A stretch of DNA of 46,180 nt from Bifidobacterium breve (GCA_945900705.1 CAMDKJ010000002.1:1-46180), one strand, 5' to 3'; counted from the stretch's first letter, positions 18,975 through 27,840 are shown. Made by a program: numbers and translations. The notes: generated from the letters alone by a model not told the origin.

Positions 18975-20281
18975 CGTGGCCCCCGCAAAGATCTGACTTC
19001 AGCCCAGGCCCGACAAATGCTCACCTCGGTGCGGTCCAGCAACTCCTCCGCTATCTCTGGCTTAAGCAGCAAACCGGGCTTGTACTGCAGAACCCGGGGA
19101 TCAAGGGTGGAGAAGATCGCCCAAACCCCATTTTCATACAAATGACGCATCACAAATTTTGCGCCCTGCGGATCGTTGAACTCCAAGCCGATGACCAAGC
19201 CGTTCTGCCGGATCCCGATCAACCAGTCGGGGTAATCCGCCTGGATGCGGCGTAAGCCTTGCCCGATGAAATCGGACAGATAATGAACCATGGAGCGGGT
19301 CTCCGGGCGCGAGCAGATTTCCAGCGTCTTAATCGCTGCCACACACCCGAGCTCCGCACCGCCGAAAGTGGAAATGTGCCCAAAGCCGTCCTGTGTCAAC
19401 CACCCGGCCGCGTGCTCCGCAACGACCACGCAGGCAATCGGGTATAGCCCACCTGACAGCCCCTTGCCACTTACCATGATGTCGGGCGAGATTCCCTCTT
19501 TGCTGATGGCCCACAACTCACCAGTTCGCATGAGCCCTGTCTGCACCTCATCGGCGATGTAGAGGGCGTCATGTCGCTCGCACAATTCCTTGACCTTGCG
19601 CAGGTAACCCGGAGCAGGCAGTGGGAATCCAAAGGTGGCCGGGATCGTTTCCATGATCACCGCTGCTACATCTCGATTGCGCAGCACATTTTCCATCGCT
19701 TCGAGGTCATTGAATGGGACGTTCGGGAAATCCTCCGGATTGTCCGAAAGGAAGAGTTTAGAGAAACGTTCGTCACCGGTACCAACCGCAAGTCCGGTGT
19801 GACCGTGATAGGCCTTTGTAATCGACACAACTTTGCGTTTCTGGGTGGCGTGCCGGGCGGTTTTGATGGCAATGTCGATTGCCTCACCGCCGCCGGACCC
19901 GTAGATGACTTTCGTCAGTCCCGCTGGAGCCGAAGACACCAAGGCCTCCGCGAGCGCGGTCCGGGCGAGCGCCGGGAAGTGGTGGTTGCCTATGTCGAAG
20001 TGCTGCATTGCGGTGGTGATCGCCTGAACGACTTCGGGGTTTCGGTGGCCTAGGTTGTAAGTGCCACCATTGAGGTGGGTGTCAATAAGCCTTTTCCCGG
20101 ACATATCGTAGATGAAGTACTCCTCGCGCCGGTCAATCACAAGAGGGACACCGGAGTCGATCCAAAACTGCGTCTTGCCCGGGTTCCAATAGGCCTTGGC
20201 TTTGTCTAGGACCTCCGCTTTGGACGCAAAGGAGAAAACCCCGTAGTCATAAGGAACTTCGACACTTGCCTGCTCCGGCAT
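18971..20281 (-). CDS. class-III aminotransferase-fold PLP enzyme (candidate 1-amino-2-propanol O-phosphate phospho-lyase)
   Basis: Motifs ADEVQTGLMRTGELWA and the PLP-lysine region MVSGKGLSGG. The start is taken at ATG 20281 (MPEQASVEV...). The longer ORF reaching 20512 would overlap the divergent permease start. Confidence 0.8.
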   Translation of the reverse strand: MPEQASVEVPYDYGVFSFASKAEVLDKAKAYWNPGKTQFWIDSGVPLVIDRREEYFIYDMSGKRLIDTHLNGGTYNLGHRNPEVVQAITTAMQHFDIGNHHFPALARTALAEALVSSAPAGLTKVIYGSGGGEAIDIAIKTARHATQKRKVVSITKAYHGHTGLAVGTGDERFSKLFLSDNPEDFPNVPFNDLEAMENVLRNRDVAAVIMETIPATFGFPLPAPGYLRKVKELCERHDALYIADEVQTGLMRTGELWAISKEGISPDIMVSGKGLSGGLYPIACVVVAEHAAGWLTQDGFGHISTFGGAELGCVAAIKTLEICSRPETRSMVHYLSDFIGQGLRRIQADYPDWLIGIRQNGLVIGLEFNDPQGAKFVMRHLYENGVWAIFSTLDPRVLQYKPGLLLKPEIAEELLDRTEVSICRAWAEVRSLRGPR

Positions 20282-20301
20282 AGTCGCACCATACCAATTA
20301 G

Positions 20302-20327
20302 CAGACCATTTAGCAAGTATTGGTCTG
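20302..20327. promoter_or_regulatory. candidate operator (inverted repeat CAGACCA-N12-TGGTCTG)
   Basis: 7-bp perfect inverted arms at 20302-20308 and 20321-20327, interleaved with ACCAAT (20293-20298) / ATTGGT (20319-20324). It lies 21-46 nt upstream of the first gene of the BMC operon, in the 215-bp divergent control region. Confidence 0.3.
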
Positions 20328-20496
20328 AAATCAGTCGGCGACGCCCTTGGAAGCACCGACAGCCGAACGATATCTCCGCGGAAAACCCCTAAGCCACACG
20401 GCGATAGTGCTTGATTTAGGAATATAAGGGTGGGAGGATAAGGAAGCATGCTGTTCCGGCTGAGGAAGCGCGAACCCTGCGCTGGATGGAGACCTA

Positions 20497-22083
20497 ATGA
20501 GCCAATACGCACCTGATGCCAACCCTGGCGACCACCAGGTATCCAAGGCCGACCAGGCGCGCCTCAAGGCCGGCGCGGTCGGCCTGATCGGGGTGCTTTT
20601 CATGGCGGTCGCCAACGCGGCGCCCATCACGGCCATGAGTTTCAACGTGCCAATTGCCGTCGGCTACGGCAACGGCATCGGCGTGTCCGGCGGCTACCTC
20701 TTTGCCACCATCGTCCTGACCATCTTCACCATCGGATTCGTGGCCATGGCCAAATACATAACCACCGCCGGGGCTTTCTACGGTTTCATCTCCCACGGCC
20801 TCGGGCAGGTCATGGGAATGGCTTCCGGGTTGATCGCAGCTGTGGCCTACATCATCTTCGAAGCTTCGCTAATTGGCGGTTTCGCCTACTTCGCCTCAGA
20901 GTACGTACTCAAGCCCGCCGGTCTAAACCTAAACTGGATGGTCCTTGCGGTCATCGGAATCATTATTATCGCGATCCTCACCTACTATTCGATCACCCTC
21001 TCGGCGAGCATCCTCGGTATCACCTTGGTATGTGAGATCGTCCTGCTACTAGCACTTGGTGTCTCCGTCTTGTTCAAGGGCGGCCCAGACGGCTTCATGT
21101 TCGCCGAGACAGTGCCTCCCCAGAACGCCTTCAACAGTCTGAGCGAGGGAGCCTTCGGTACCGGAGTGGCCGCAGGTGTTGCAGCAATCGGTCTCTTCTT
21201 CGCGTTTTGGTCTTGGGTTGGCTACGAAACCACGGCGGTTTACGGCGAGGAGTCGAAAGACCCAAAGCGCAATGTTCCCCGCGCGACACTGATCGCAGTC
21301 GTCGGTCTCGGCCTCTTCTACACCTTCATGTCGTGGCTAGTCGTGGTCGGTAACGGCGCTGCTCAGTCCGTAGAGGTTTCCGCAGGCGCGGCACCGGTCG
21401 ACCTATGGCTCGGTCTGGTAGGACAAAACCTCGGTGGTTTCATCGAGGTGGTGTACAAAGTCTTGCTGGTAATCGGCTCGTTCGCCTGCGCCTTAGCTTT
21501 TCACAACGCTGCCTCACGGTACATCTTCGCGCTGGGGCGAGAGAGCGCCGCACCTGCGGTGCGTAGGACACTCGGTTCAGTCTCCACCAAGCATGGATCA
21601 CCAGCCATTGCCTCGTTCGTGCAGAGCGCTATCACGCTGGTGCTTTGTGTGCTCTTCCTCTTGTTCACGAATGTCTACGTGGACGGCGAGGCGGTCCCAG
21701 AACTGATTCCGTATGTAAATGTGTACGGCCTGCTGGCTCTAATCGGTACCGCCATGGTTCTGATTGTGCAGACGATTACCTCGTTTGCCGTAATCGGGTA
21801 CTTCTGGGTTAAGAAGGTACACCGGGGCAATGTGATCACCACACTTATTTGTCCCATCCTTGGTGCTCTTGGCATGCTCTACGCCCTGTCACTACTTTGG
21901 TCTAACCGGCAGTTCGCTGCCGGCCTCGCGGCAGACAGTCTCGTGTTCGCCTTGATGCCCGTGTACGTAATCGGTCTTTTCGTAATCGGTGCCGGCTACG
22001 CCTTGTACGTCAAGTCGAAGAGGCCGGACATCTACGACGAGATCGGGCGCACCACAATGGACGAGGCGCACGAGCGCGTGTAA
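20497..22083 (+). CDS. APC-superfamily amino acid/amine permease
   Basis: 528 aa with about 12-13 TM helices and a GGAG Shine-Dalgarno sequence 6 nt upstream. Divergent from the BMC operon, as in RMM loci. Confidence 0.85.
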   Translation: MSQYAPDANPGDHQVSKADQARLKAGAVGLIGVLFMAVANAAPITAMSFNVPIAVGYGNGIGVSGGYLFATIVLTIFTIGFVAMAKYITTAGAFYGFISHGLGQVMGMASGLIAAVAYIIFEASLIGGFAYFASEYVLKPAGLNLNWMVLAVIGIIIIAILTYYSITLSASILGITLVCEIVLLLALGVSVLFKGGPDGFMFAETVPPQNAFNSLSEGAFGTGVAAGVAAIGLFFAFWSWVGYETTAVYGEESKDPKRNVPRATLIAVVGLGLFYTFMSWLVVVGNGAAQSVEVSAGAAPVDLWLGLVGQNLGGFIEVVYKVLLVIGSFACALAFHNAASRYIFALGRESAAPAVRRTLGSVSTKHGSPAIASFVQSAITLVLCVLFLLFTNVYVDGEAVPELIPYVNVYGLLALIGTAMVLIVQTITSFAVIGYFWVKKVHRGNVITTLICPILGALGMLYALSLLWSNRQFAAGLAADSLVFALMPVYVIGLFVIGAGYALYVKSKRPDIYDEIGRTTMDEAHERV

Positions 22084-22100
22084 CACTATGGTCACCAAAA

Positions 22101-22129
22101 GGGGGCGCGTACCTTCGGGGCGCGCCCCC
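22101..22129 (+). terminator. GC-rich stem-loop between the permease and formamidase genes
   Basis: GGGGGCGCG (22101-22109) pairs with CGCGCCCCC (22121-22129). The inner CC/GG pairs close a TTCG loop. No T-tract follows. Confidence 0.4.
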
Positions 22130-22150
22130 GGCCATTAGTCGGGAGACCAC

Positions 22151-23170
22151 ATGAGTGCCTCGGCCGATACGCTGACATGGGCACCCGACCCTGACGCAGA
22201 CCCAGCGACTTACACCTACACCTTCGGCGGATCCGCGCCGGTGGCCCACTTGCGCCCAGGGCAACGGATCTCAACTTGGACGATGGACTGTTTCGGGGGC
22301 CGGGTGCGCAGCTCCGCGGACCTTCCATCTTTGGTCTGTGACCCTCGGTACCTCAACCCACAATCAGGGCCCTTCTTCATCGATGGTGCCCAGCCCGGTG
22401 ACACCCTAGCGGTGCACTTTGTCTCCATCGAGCCGCGTGAGGCGTGGGGGGTGAGCTCTACAGTGCCGTTCTTCGGCGCACTGACGTCCACCAATTACAC
22501 CGCGACCTTGCAACCAGCCCTCCTTGAGCGCACTTGGTTTTATGAATTGGACCTCATCGATCGGCGAGTGCGCTACGCGGCCGTGGACACGCCTTTTACC
22601 GCAGCACTGCCACTGGATCCCATGCACGGGACTGTCGGTGTCGCCCCCGCGCTCGGCGAAGTCCGTTCGTCCCTCACCCCTGGTGATTGGGGCGGCAACA
22701 TGGACACTCCTGAGATGCGCGCGGGCGTAACTTGCTACCTAGGGGTCAATGTTGAGGGTGCACTCTTTAGCCTCGGAGACGGGCATGCGCGCCAAGGTGA
22801 GGGAGAGGCGTGCGGGGTTGCGGTGGAGTGCGCTATGGACACCGAGGTTATTGTCGATGTGCTCGCGGGCCACACCTGCTCATGGCCCCGCTTGGAGAGC
22901 GACGACTACATAATGACCACCGGGTCGACGCGTCCGTTGGAGGATGCCTTTCGCATTGCGCATCAACAAATGGTCTTATGGGTGGCCGAGCTGACCGGTC
23001 AGAGTGTGATCGATTCTTATCAACTGGTATCACAAGCAGCTCTGACGCCAATTGCGAATGTGGTCGACACGAATTACACGGTGGTGTGTAAGTTCCCGAA
23101 ATCCCTACTCAAAGGGGTTAGTGCCATGGACGGGATGCACTCAAGGATGCGCGATAAGGCGCGCTCATGA
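22151..23170 (+). CDS. acetamidase/formamidase-family amidohydrolase (FmdA/AmdA)
   Basis: 339 aa with motifs GNMDTPEMRAG, GDGHARQGEGEACG and CAMD that are characteristic of the family. Confidence 0.8.
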   Translation: MSASADTLTWAPDPDADPATYTYTFGGSAPVAHLRPGQRISTWTMDCFGGRVRSSADLPSLVCDPRYLNPQSGPFFIDGAQPGDTLAVHFVSIEPREAWGVSSTVPFFGALTSTNYTATLQPALLERTWFYELDLIDRRVRYAAVDTPFTAALPLDPMHGTVGVAPALGEVRSSLTPGDWGGNMDTPEMRAGVTCYLGVNVEGALFSLGDGHARQGEGEACGVAVECAMDTEVIVDVLAGHTCSWPRLESDDYIMTTGSTRPLEDAFRIAHQQMVLWVAELTGQSVIDSYQLVSQAALTPIANVVDTNYTVVCKFPKSLLKGVSAMDGMHSRMRDKARS

Positions 23171-23598
23171 GCCGGGTAAGCCGGTACGAAATTGATCTCG
23201 ACCTCGCATTGCTAATGGTCTCTGCCGCCCGTTCTGCCGCCGAGCAATTGGACGCTTGCGTCTCCATCGCGGTCGTCGATGCAGGCGGCCAGTTGATTGC
23301 CTTCGCTCGAATGGATGGAGCTGAGATCGCAGGTCCGGTTCTCGCTCGAGACAAGGCTTACACGGCTGTGGCCCACCGGACCGACACCGGTTCGCTGAGC
23401 GATTTAACCGCTCCCGGTGGGCAACTCGCTGGTATGTACGCGGCCGATGGGGGCCGTTACATCACTTTCGCAGGTGGTATTCCGCTCTGGGACGGCAGCA
23501 GAGTGAGCGGCGGCGTCGGCGTGAGCGGCGGCACCGCTGAACAGGACGAGCAGGTGGCGCAAGTGGCGGCACAGACTTTCGATGAGGCGGCACGGTGA
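23167..23598 (+). CDS. GlcG/HbpS-like DUF336 protein (PduO C-terminal-domain type)
   Basis: 143 aa with the motif GGVGVSGGTAEQDEQVA. ATGA overlap upstream and GTGA overlap downstream. Confidence 0.8.
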   Translation: MSRVSRYEIDLDLALLMVSAARSAAEQLDACVSIAVVDAGGQLIAFARMDGAEIAGPVLARDKAYTAVAHRTDTGSLSDLTAPGGQLAGMYAADGGRYITFAGGIPLWDGSRVSGGVGVSGGTAEQDEQVAQVAAQTFDEAAR

Positions 23599-25826
23599 CC
23601 ATAGGTCGCTTTCGGTTCATGGATCGGCAGCGAGTGAACCTCGACGGATTCGCGGAGCCCGATCCCGCACTCGGCATGATCGCATTCAACTCACCGAATG
23701 ACCCGGAGCCCTCCTTAATTGTGGAAAATGGTCGGGTCATCGAAATGGACTCAAAACTAGAATTCGAGTTCGACATCATCGATCACTTCATCGCCCGGCA
23801 TGGTCTGGATCTTGAGGTTGCTGCGGAAGCCATGACTATGGACCCGTTGCACTTCGCACACATGTTGGTCGATCCTCGTGCCCCACGCTCGGAGATAATT
23901 CGCCTAGCAGCAGGCATGACGCCCGCCAAGTTGGCGCAGTGTCTGACCCTCCTGCGGCCCGCCGAACTCGTGATGGCGATGACTAAGTGCCGGGCCCGGC
24001 GCACCCCCAGCAACCAGGCCCACGTGACCAATCGCTCGGATGATCCGCTGCTCCTCGCAGCGGACGCTGCGACCGCTGCAGCGTTTGGATTCCGCGAAAT
24101 CGAAACCACCGTGCCCGTTCTCGAAGACGCACCATCGAATGCAATAGCCGTCAGCATTGGTGCCGCGGTTGGCTCCCCCGGCGTACTCGTGCAGTGCTCC
24201 GTGGAGGAATCTGTTGAGCTTGAGATGGGAATGCGCGGCCTGGTCTCATACGCTGAGACCGTCTCCCTGTACGGCACCGAACAGATCTTCATCGACGGCG
24301 ACGACACCCCATGGTCGAAGGCCTTCTTGACCTCTGCCTACGCGAGCCGGGGCATCAAGATGCGGGTGACTTCAGGGGGTGGCGCGGAGGCTTTGATGGG
24401 AGCTGCGGAGGGCTGCTCCATGTTCTACCTCGAATCACGATGCGTGGCCCTTGCTCGCGCTGTTGGCGCCCAAGGAGTGCAAAATGGCGGGATCGATTCT
24501 GCTTCTGTTGCCGGATCTGTTCCCGGTGGCGTCAAAAGCCTGATGGCGGAAAACCTAATGGTGATGGTGCGAAACCTCGAAGCTTGCACGGGCAATGACG
24601 CCCTGATGAGCGAGTCCGACGTGCGGCGCACGTCGCGGACCCACCCGATCTTCATCGCCGGCTCGGACTTCATCTGCAGTGGTTTTGGATCTATCCAGCG
24701 GTACGACAATATGTTTGGCCCTAGTCAGTGGAACTCCGAGGACATTGACGACTACCTAGCTATGCAGCGGGACTGGGGTGTCGATGGCGGACTGCGTACC
24801 GCTCGCGAAACCGATGTCGAGGAACTTCGTCGAACGGCTGTTGAAGTGGTCAGCGACGTGTACCGATTGCTCGGACTAGCTAGTTTCAGCGCCGAATGGC
24901 AGGAGCAGGCTGTGGATGCTGCTGGTTCCAAGGATGTTCCGGCCGCCGATCTGATGACGCCGCTGCAGGCATCAAGGCTTATCCGAGATACGAATATTAC
25001 AATGCTCGACGTCGTGCGCGCACTCGACGAGTCGGGTCATGAGACCATCGCCCAGCGCCTTCTCGATCTGCTCAAAGCGCGCCTAAATGGCGATTATTTG
25101 CAGACTGCGGCGATCTTCGATGAGGACATGTCCGTTCTCTCCCTCGTTACTGATCCAAATGACTATGCAGGTCCGGGCACCGGTTACGTCCCCACCCCGT
25201 TGCGGCAGTTGCAGATCGATTCGATCCGACAGGTGCGATCTGTGGCCGACCTGCGTAGTGACCAGGCGCAGGCACGATCTACTCGACTCACCGAAGGTCT
25301 GGTAGCCGAGCGAGGCATCGGATCAAGGGACGTGGTGATCGGCGTTTCCCCGGCTACAGCACGCGATATCTGGCGAACGCTCGGTGGCCTGATGGTGACC
25401 GAAGCGCTAGACGAACTGCTCGCGGGGCTCGAGGAGGAGGGTTGCCAGGGGCGCATAGTCCGGTTCCACGACACCGTCGATCTTGGTCTGATCGGCCTGA
25501 AGGCAGCGCGCCTTGCCGGATCGGGGATCGGCATCGGCCTACAGGCCAAGGGGACGGCGCTCATCCATCGACATGACCTACCCCCACTGGGGAATCTGGA
25601 GCTCTACAGTGTGGCGCCAAGCCTCGGGCGCGCGGAATATCGCGCCCTCGGGCTCAATGCGGGACGGCACGCCAAGGGTGCGAACCCGGAGCCGGCGCGC
25701 AACCCCTACTCGGACGAAGCTATTGAGGCGCGCTACCACACTTCCGTTGTCTCGCTGATGGCTGTCGAGCGGGAGTGCAGCGACTTAACGGCCCCGCCCA
25801 TCACACTGCACTTGGAGCGGTCATGA
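23595..25826 (+). CDS. pduCD: coenzyme-B12-dependent diol/glycerol dehydratase, fused large (alpha) and medium (beta) subunits
   Basis: Residues 1 to about 553 are collinear with PduC (SPNDP.PS, IDHFIARHG, RRTPSNQAHVTN, YGTEQIFIDGDDTPWSKAFL, YDNMF, NDYAGPGTGY). Residues from about 564 are collinear with PduD from its residue of about 47 (LTEG...VVIGVSPA..., GSGIGIGLQAKGTALIH, LPPLGNLELY). Confidence 0.9.
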   Translation: MTIGRFRFMDRQRVNLDGFAEPDPALGMIAFNSPNDPEPSLIVENGRVIEMDSKLEFEFDIIDHFIARHGLDLEVAAEAMTMDPLHFAHMLVDPRAPRSEIIRLAAGMTPAKLAQCLTLLRPAELVMAMTKCRARRTPSNQAHVTNRSDDPLLLAADAATAAAFGFREIETTVPVLEDAPSNAIAVSIGAAVGSPGVLVQCSVEESVELEMGMRGLVSYAETVSLYGTEQIFIDGDDTPWSKAFLTSAYASRGIKMRVTSGGGAEALMGAAEGCSMFYLESRCVALARAVGAQGVQNGGIDSASVAGSVPGGVKSLMAENLMVMVRNLEACTGNDALMSESDVRRTSRTHPIFIAGSDFICSGFGSIQRYDNMFGPSQWNSEDIDDYLAMQRDWGVDGGLRTARETDVEELRRTAVEVVSDVYRLLGLASFSAEWQEQAVDAAGSKDVPAADLMTPLQASRLIRDTNITMLDVVRALDESGHETIAQRLLDLLKARLNGDYLQTAAIFDEDMSVLSLVTDPNDYAGPGTGYVPTPLRQLQIDSIRQVRSVADLRSDQAQARSTRLTEGLVAERGIGSRDVVIGVSPATARDIWRTLGGLMVTEALDELLAGLEEEGCQGRIVRFHDTVDLGLIGLKAARLAGSGIGIGLQAKGTALIHRHDLPPLGNLELYSVAPSLGRAEYRALGLNAGRHAKGANPEPARNPYSDEAIEARYHTSVVSLMAVERECSDLTAPPITLHLERS

Positions 25827-26179
25827 CATTAGGTATTTCAGGTCGCTCGGCCGAGAACATTACTCTCGAGGCGGTGCGCAGCGGTGACATCCGCCCCGAA
25901 GACATCCGCATCCACCCAGATACCTTGGTTCAGCAAGCAGAAGTTGCCCGAGCACATGCCAATCCACAATTAGCGGCAAATCTGTTGCGTGCCGCCGAAC
26001 TCACGCGGCTTGACGATCACCGGGTGCTCGAGATTTATGAGGCCTTACGCCCGAATCGCTCAACCTCAGCGCAACTCCTAGCGATCACCGATGAATTGGT
26101 GGCACAGGGCGCAGTTCTGACCGCGGAGCTTGTCCGCGAAGCGCTGGAAATCTACGAACAGCGCAGCCTGCTCGCGTGA
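25823..26179 (+). CDS. pduE: diol dehydratase small (gamma) subunit
   Basis: ATG 25823 overlaps the upstream stop (ATGA). 118 aa, matching the PduE core (ITLEAV..., IRIHPDTL, LLRAAELTRLDDHRVLEIYEALRPNRST). The N-terminal extension of about 45-50 aa found in enteric PduE is absent. Confidence 0.85.
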   Translation: MTLGISGRSAENITLEAVRSGDIRPEDIRIHPDTLVQQAEVARAHANPQLAANLLRAAELTRLDDHRVLEIYEALRPNRSTSAQLLAITDELVAQGAVLTAELVREALEIYEQRSLLA

Positions 26180-27840
26180 CTCTGATCGCCGGAGTAGACA
26201 TTGGAAATTCAACAACCGAGGTGGTCATTGCCGACACCAGTTCTTTCCCGCCACAACCCTGCGCGTGGGATCGCGTGCCAACCCATGGCTTAAAGGGATC
26301 ACCCGAGGCAACGCGTCGCGCGGCTCGTGTAGTCCAGCGGCTCGCTCGGCGATCTGGCTTCATCCCCGATCTCGTGGCAATGACCGCGCAGCAACCCGTC
26401 CTGACCGGTGTGCATTCCCTGCCACGTGTTCAGCGCGCACCTGGCCGCCTAGTTATCTTGGACGACCATCCGATGACTCCAGCCGGCAGCGGCGTAGCGT
26501 GCGGTAGACCCATCGCCCAACGAGCTGAACCGCCACGGGGAATCGCGGTCATCCTGGTTGCTAGTGATCCGCTGTCCTACCGCGCTACCGCTGACACCAT
26601 AAACCGCTGGCGATCCAACGGAATTGATTTGCGCGGCGCTTTACTCGCGGGTGACGAGGCCCGCCTGGTACACGCGCGCATCGGTGCCGATCTCGTGATA
26701 GTCGACCGGGTAAATTCCGAGCAGGCCTTGCGTTGCGACCTGATAGCGCTCGAAGTCAATGATTACGTCATTGGGCCGATCGCTGATCCCCTCTACCTAG
26801 TCGCGCACCTTGATTTGCTGCCGGATGAGATCTCCGACGCCACCATTGTTGCTGGCGCCGTGCGCGGGAGTCGATGTGCTGTAATAGGTCGCTTGCCGAT
26901 CGCGGTCAGCCGCGAACTACATCCGGCCGGATTCCTAACCTTCACCGACGGATTTGTTGCCGGTTTGGACGAGGCCCATGACCAGCTTGCGGCCAGACCG
27001 GTTGGCAGCGCCGCGCACCTTGTCTTCGCGAACGGTGCTCACCAAGATGTCTCAGATGCTTGGGTTGTTGATATTCAGTCCCTCGGGTCACCCGCAGCGC
27101 TGCGGCGGGCTTCTACTACTCCCGAACTCGCGGTCTCCACCCTCGCCACTGTCGGTGATGCAACAGTGGCCGAATTGGCTTTTCAGGAGGTTAATTCGTT
27201 GCCCATATTGATAGTTGGCGATGAGGCTCGGGCTGCAGCATTAGGAGCACGTACCACCCCTGGTTGCGCAGAGAACACGGTCGTACTTGACCTCGGCGGC
27301 GGAACGATAGACATCATCACTGACGGCTCGGTCACCGGTGCCGGGTCGGGGGATCTGCTCAGCGCGTGCATCGGGTCACTTGCCGGCATTTCGTTGGGCG
27401 CTGCGGAATGGGTTAAACAAGGGCCTGCTTTTCGTATAGATACCCCCTCTATCGCCTCCCGCGAAACCCAGACCCAGGATTTTTTGCCAACCGAGGTTCC
27501 CGGGTCACTCGTGGGCTGGCTGGCAGTTAATGGGCCCACCGGCGCCTTGCCTTTTTCTCGCAACCTAACCCTTGGCGATTGGCGCCAGCTCCGCCTAGCC
27601 GCGAAGCGTGCGGTCATCGAGGACAATGTGCGGCGTATCAGCGGTGGACTTCAGATCGATAGTCCCACCGCGGTGGCGGTGGGTGGTCCGGTTGGCGATC
27701 GGGAGATTCTCGAGTGTCTGTCTTCAGCCCTCCCGGCCTTGGCCATCGGCCGTGGTGATGTCGCTGGAACTCTGGGACATAGATTCGCCGTCGCCTACGG
27801 GTTGGTACTGCTCGCAGCCCAGGAAATGCAAAGAACGTGA
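26176..27840 (+). CDS. pduG: diol dehydratase reactivase large subunit (PduG/DdrA-like)
   Basis: ASKHA motifs IAGVDIGNSTTEV and VVLDLGGGTIDI. 554 aa. The GTG start overlaps the upstream stop (GTGA). Confidence 0.85.
   Translation: MTLIAGVDIGNSTTEVVIADTSSFPPQPCAWDRVPTHGLKGSPEATRRAARVVQRLARRSGFIPDLVAMTAQQPVLTGVHSLPRVQRAPGRLVILDDHPMTPAGSGVACGRPIAQRAEPPRGIAVILVASDPLSYRATADTINRWRSNGIDLRGALLAGDEARLVHARIGADLVIVDRVNSEQALRCDLIALEVNDYVIGPIADPLYLVAHLDLLPDEISDATIVAGAVRGSRCAVIGRLPIAVSRELHPAGFLTFTDGFVAGLDEAHDQLAARPVGSAAHLVFANGAHQDVSDAWVVDIQSLGSPAALRRASTTPELAVSTLATVGDATVAELAFQEVNSLPILIVGDEARAAALGARTTPGCAENTVVLDLGGGTIDIITDGSVTGAGSGDLLSACIGSLAGISLGAAEWVKQGPAFRIDTPSIASRETQTQDFLPTEVPGSLVGWLAVNGPTGALPFSRNLTLGDWRQLRLAAKRAVIEDNVRRISGGLQIDSPTAVAVGGPVGDREILECLSSALPALAIGRGDVAGTLGHRFAVAYGLVLLAAQEMQRT

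Noticed and set aside
20282-20512. The N-terminal 77 codons of ORF 18971..20512.
   Set aside because: The extension has no aminotransferase-like sequence and would overlap the divergent permease start. The internal ATG at 20281 gives a normal-length protein of about 436 aa.
25185-25283. An internal encapsulation peptide in the alpha-beta junction of the fused dehydratase (PLRQLQIDSIRQVRSVADL).
   Set aside because: This segment aligns with the normal C-terminal tail of PduC (GERWEEIKNIPGALDP) rather than with the PduD targeting helix, which appears to be deleted. There is no independent support for a targeting role.
23595-25826. An alternative identity as ethanolamine ammonia-lyase (EutBC) or a glycyl-radical enzyme.
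   Set aside because: The sequence is collinear with PduC/PduD blocks throughout, including the QAHVTN, DDTPWSK and YDNMF motifs. No EutB/EutC or glycyl-radical signature is visible.
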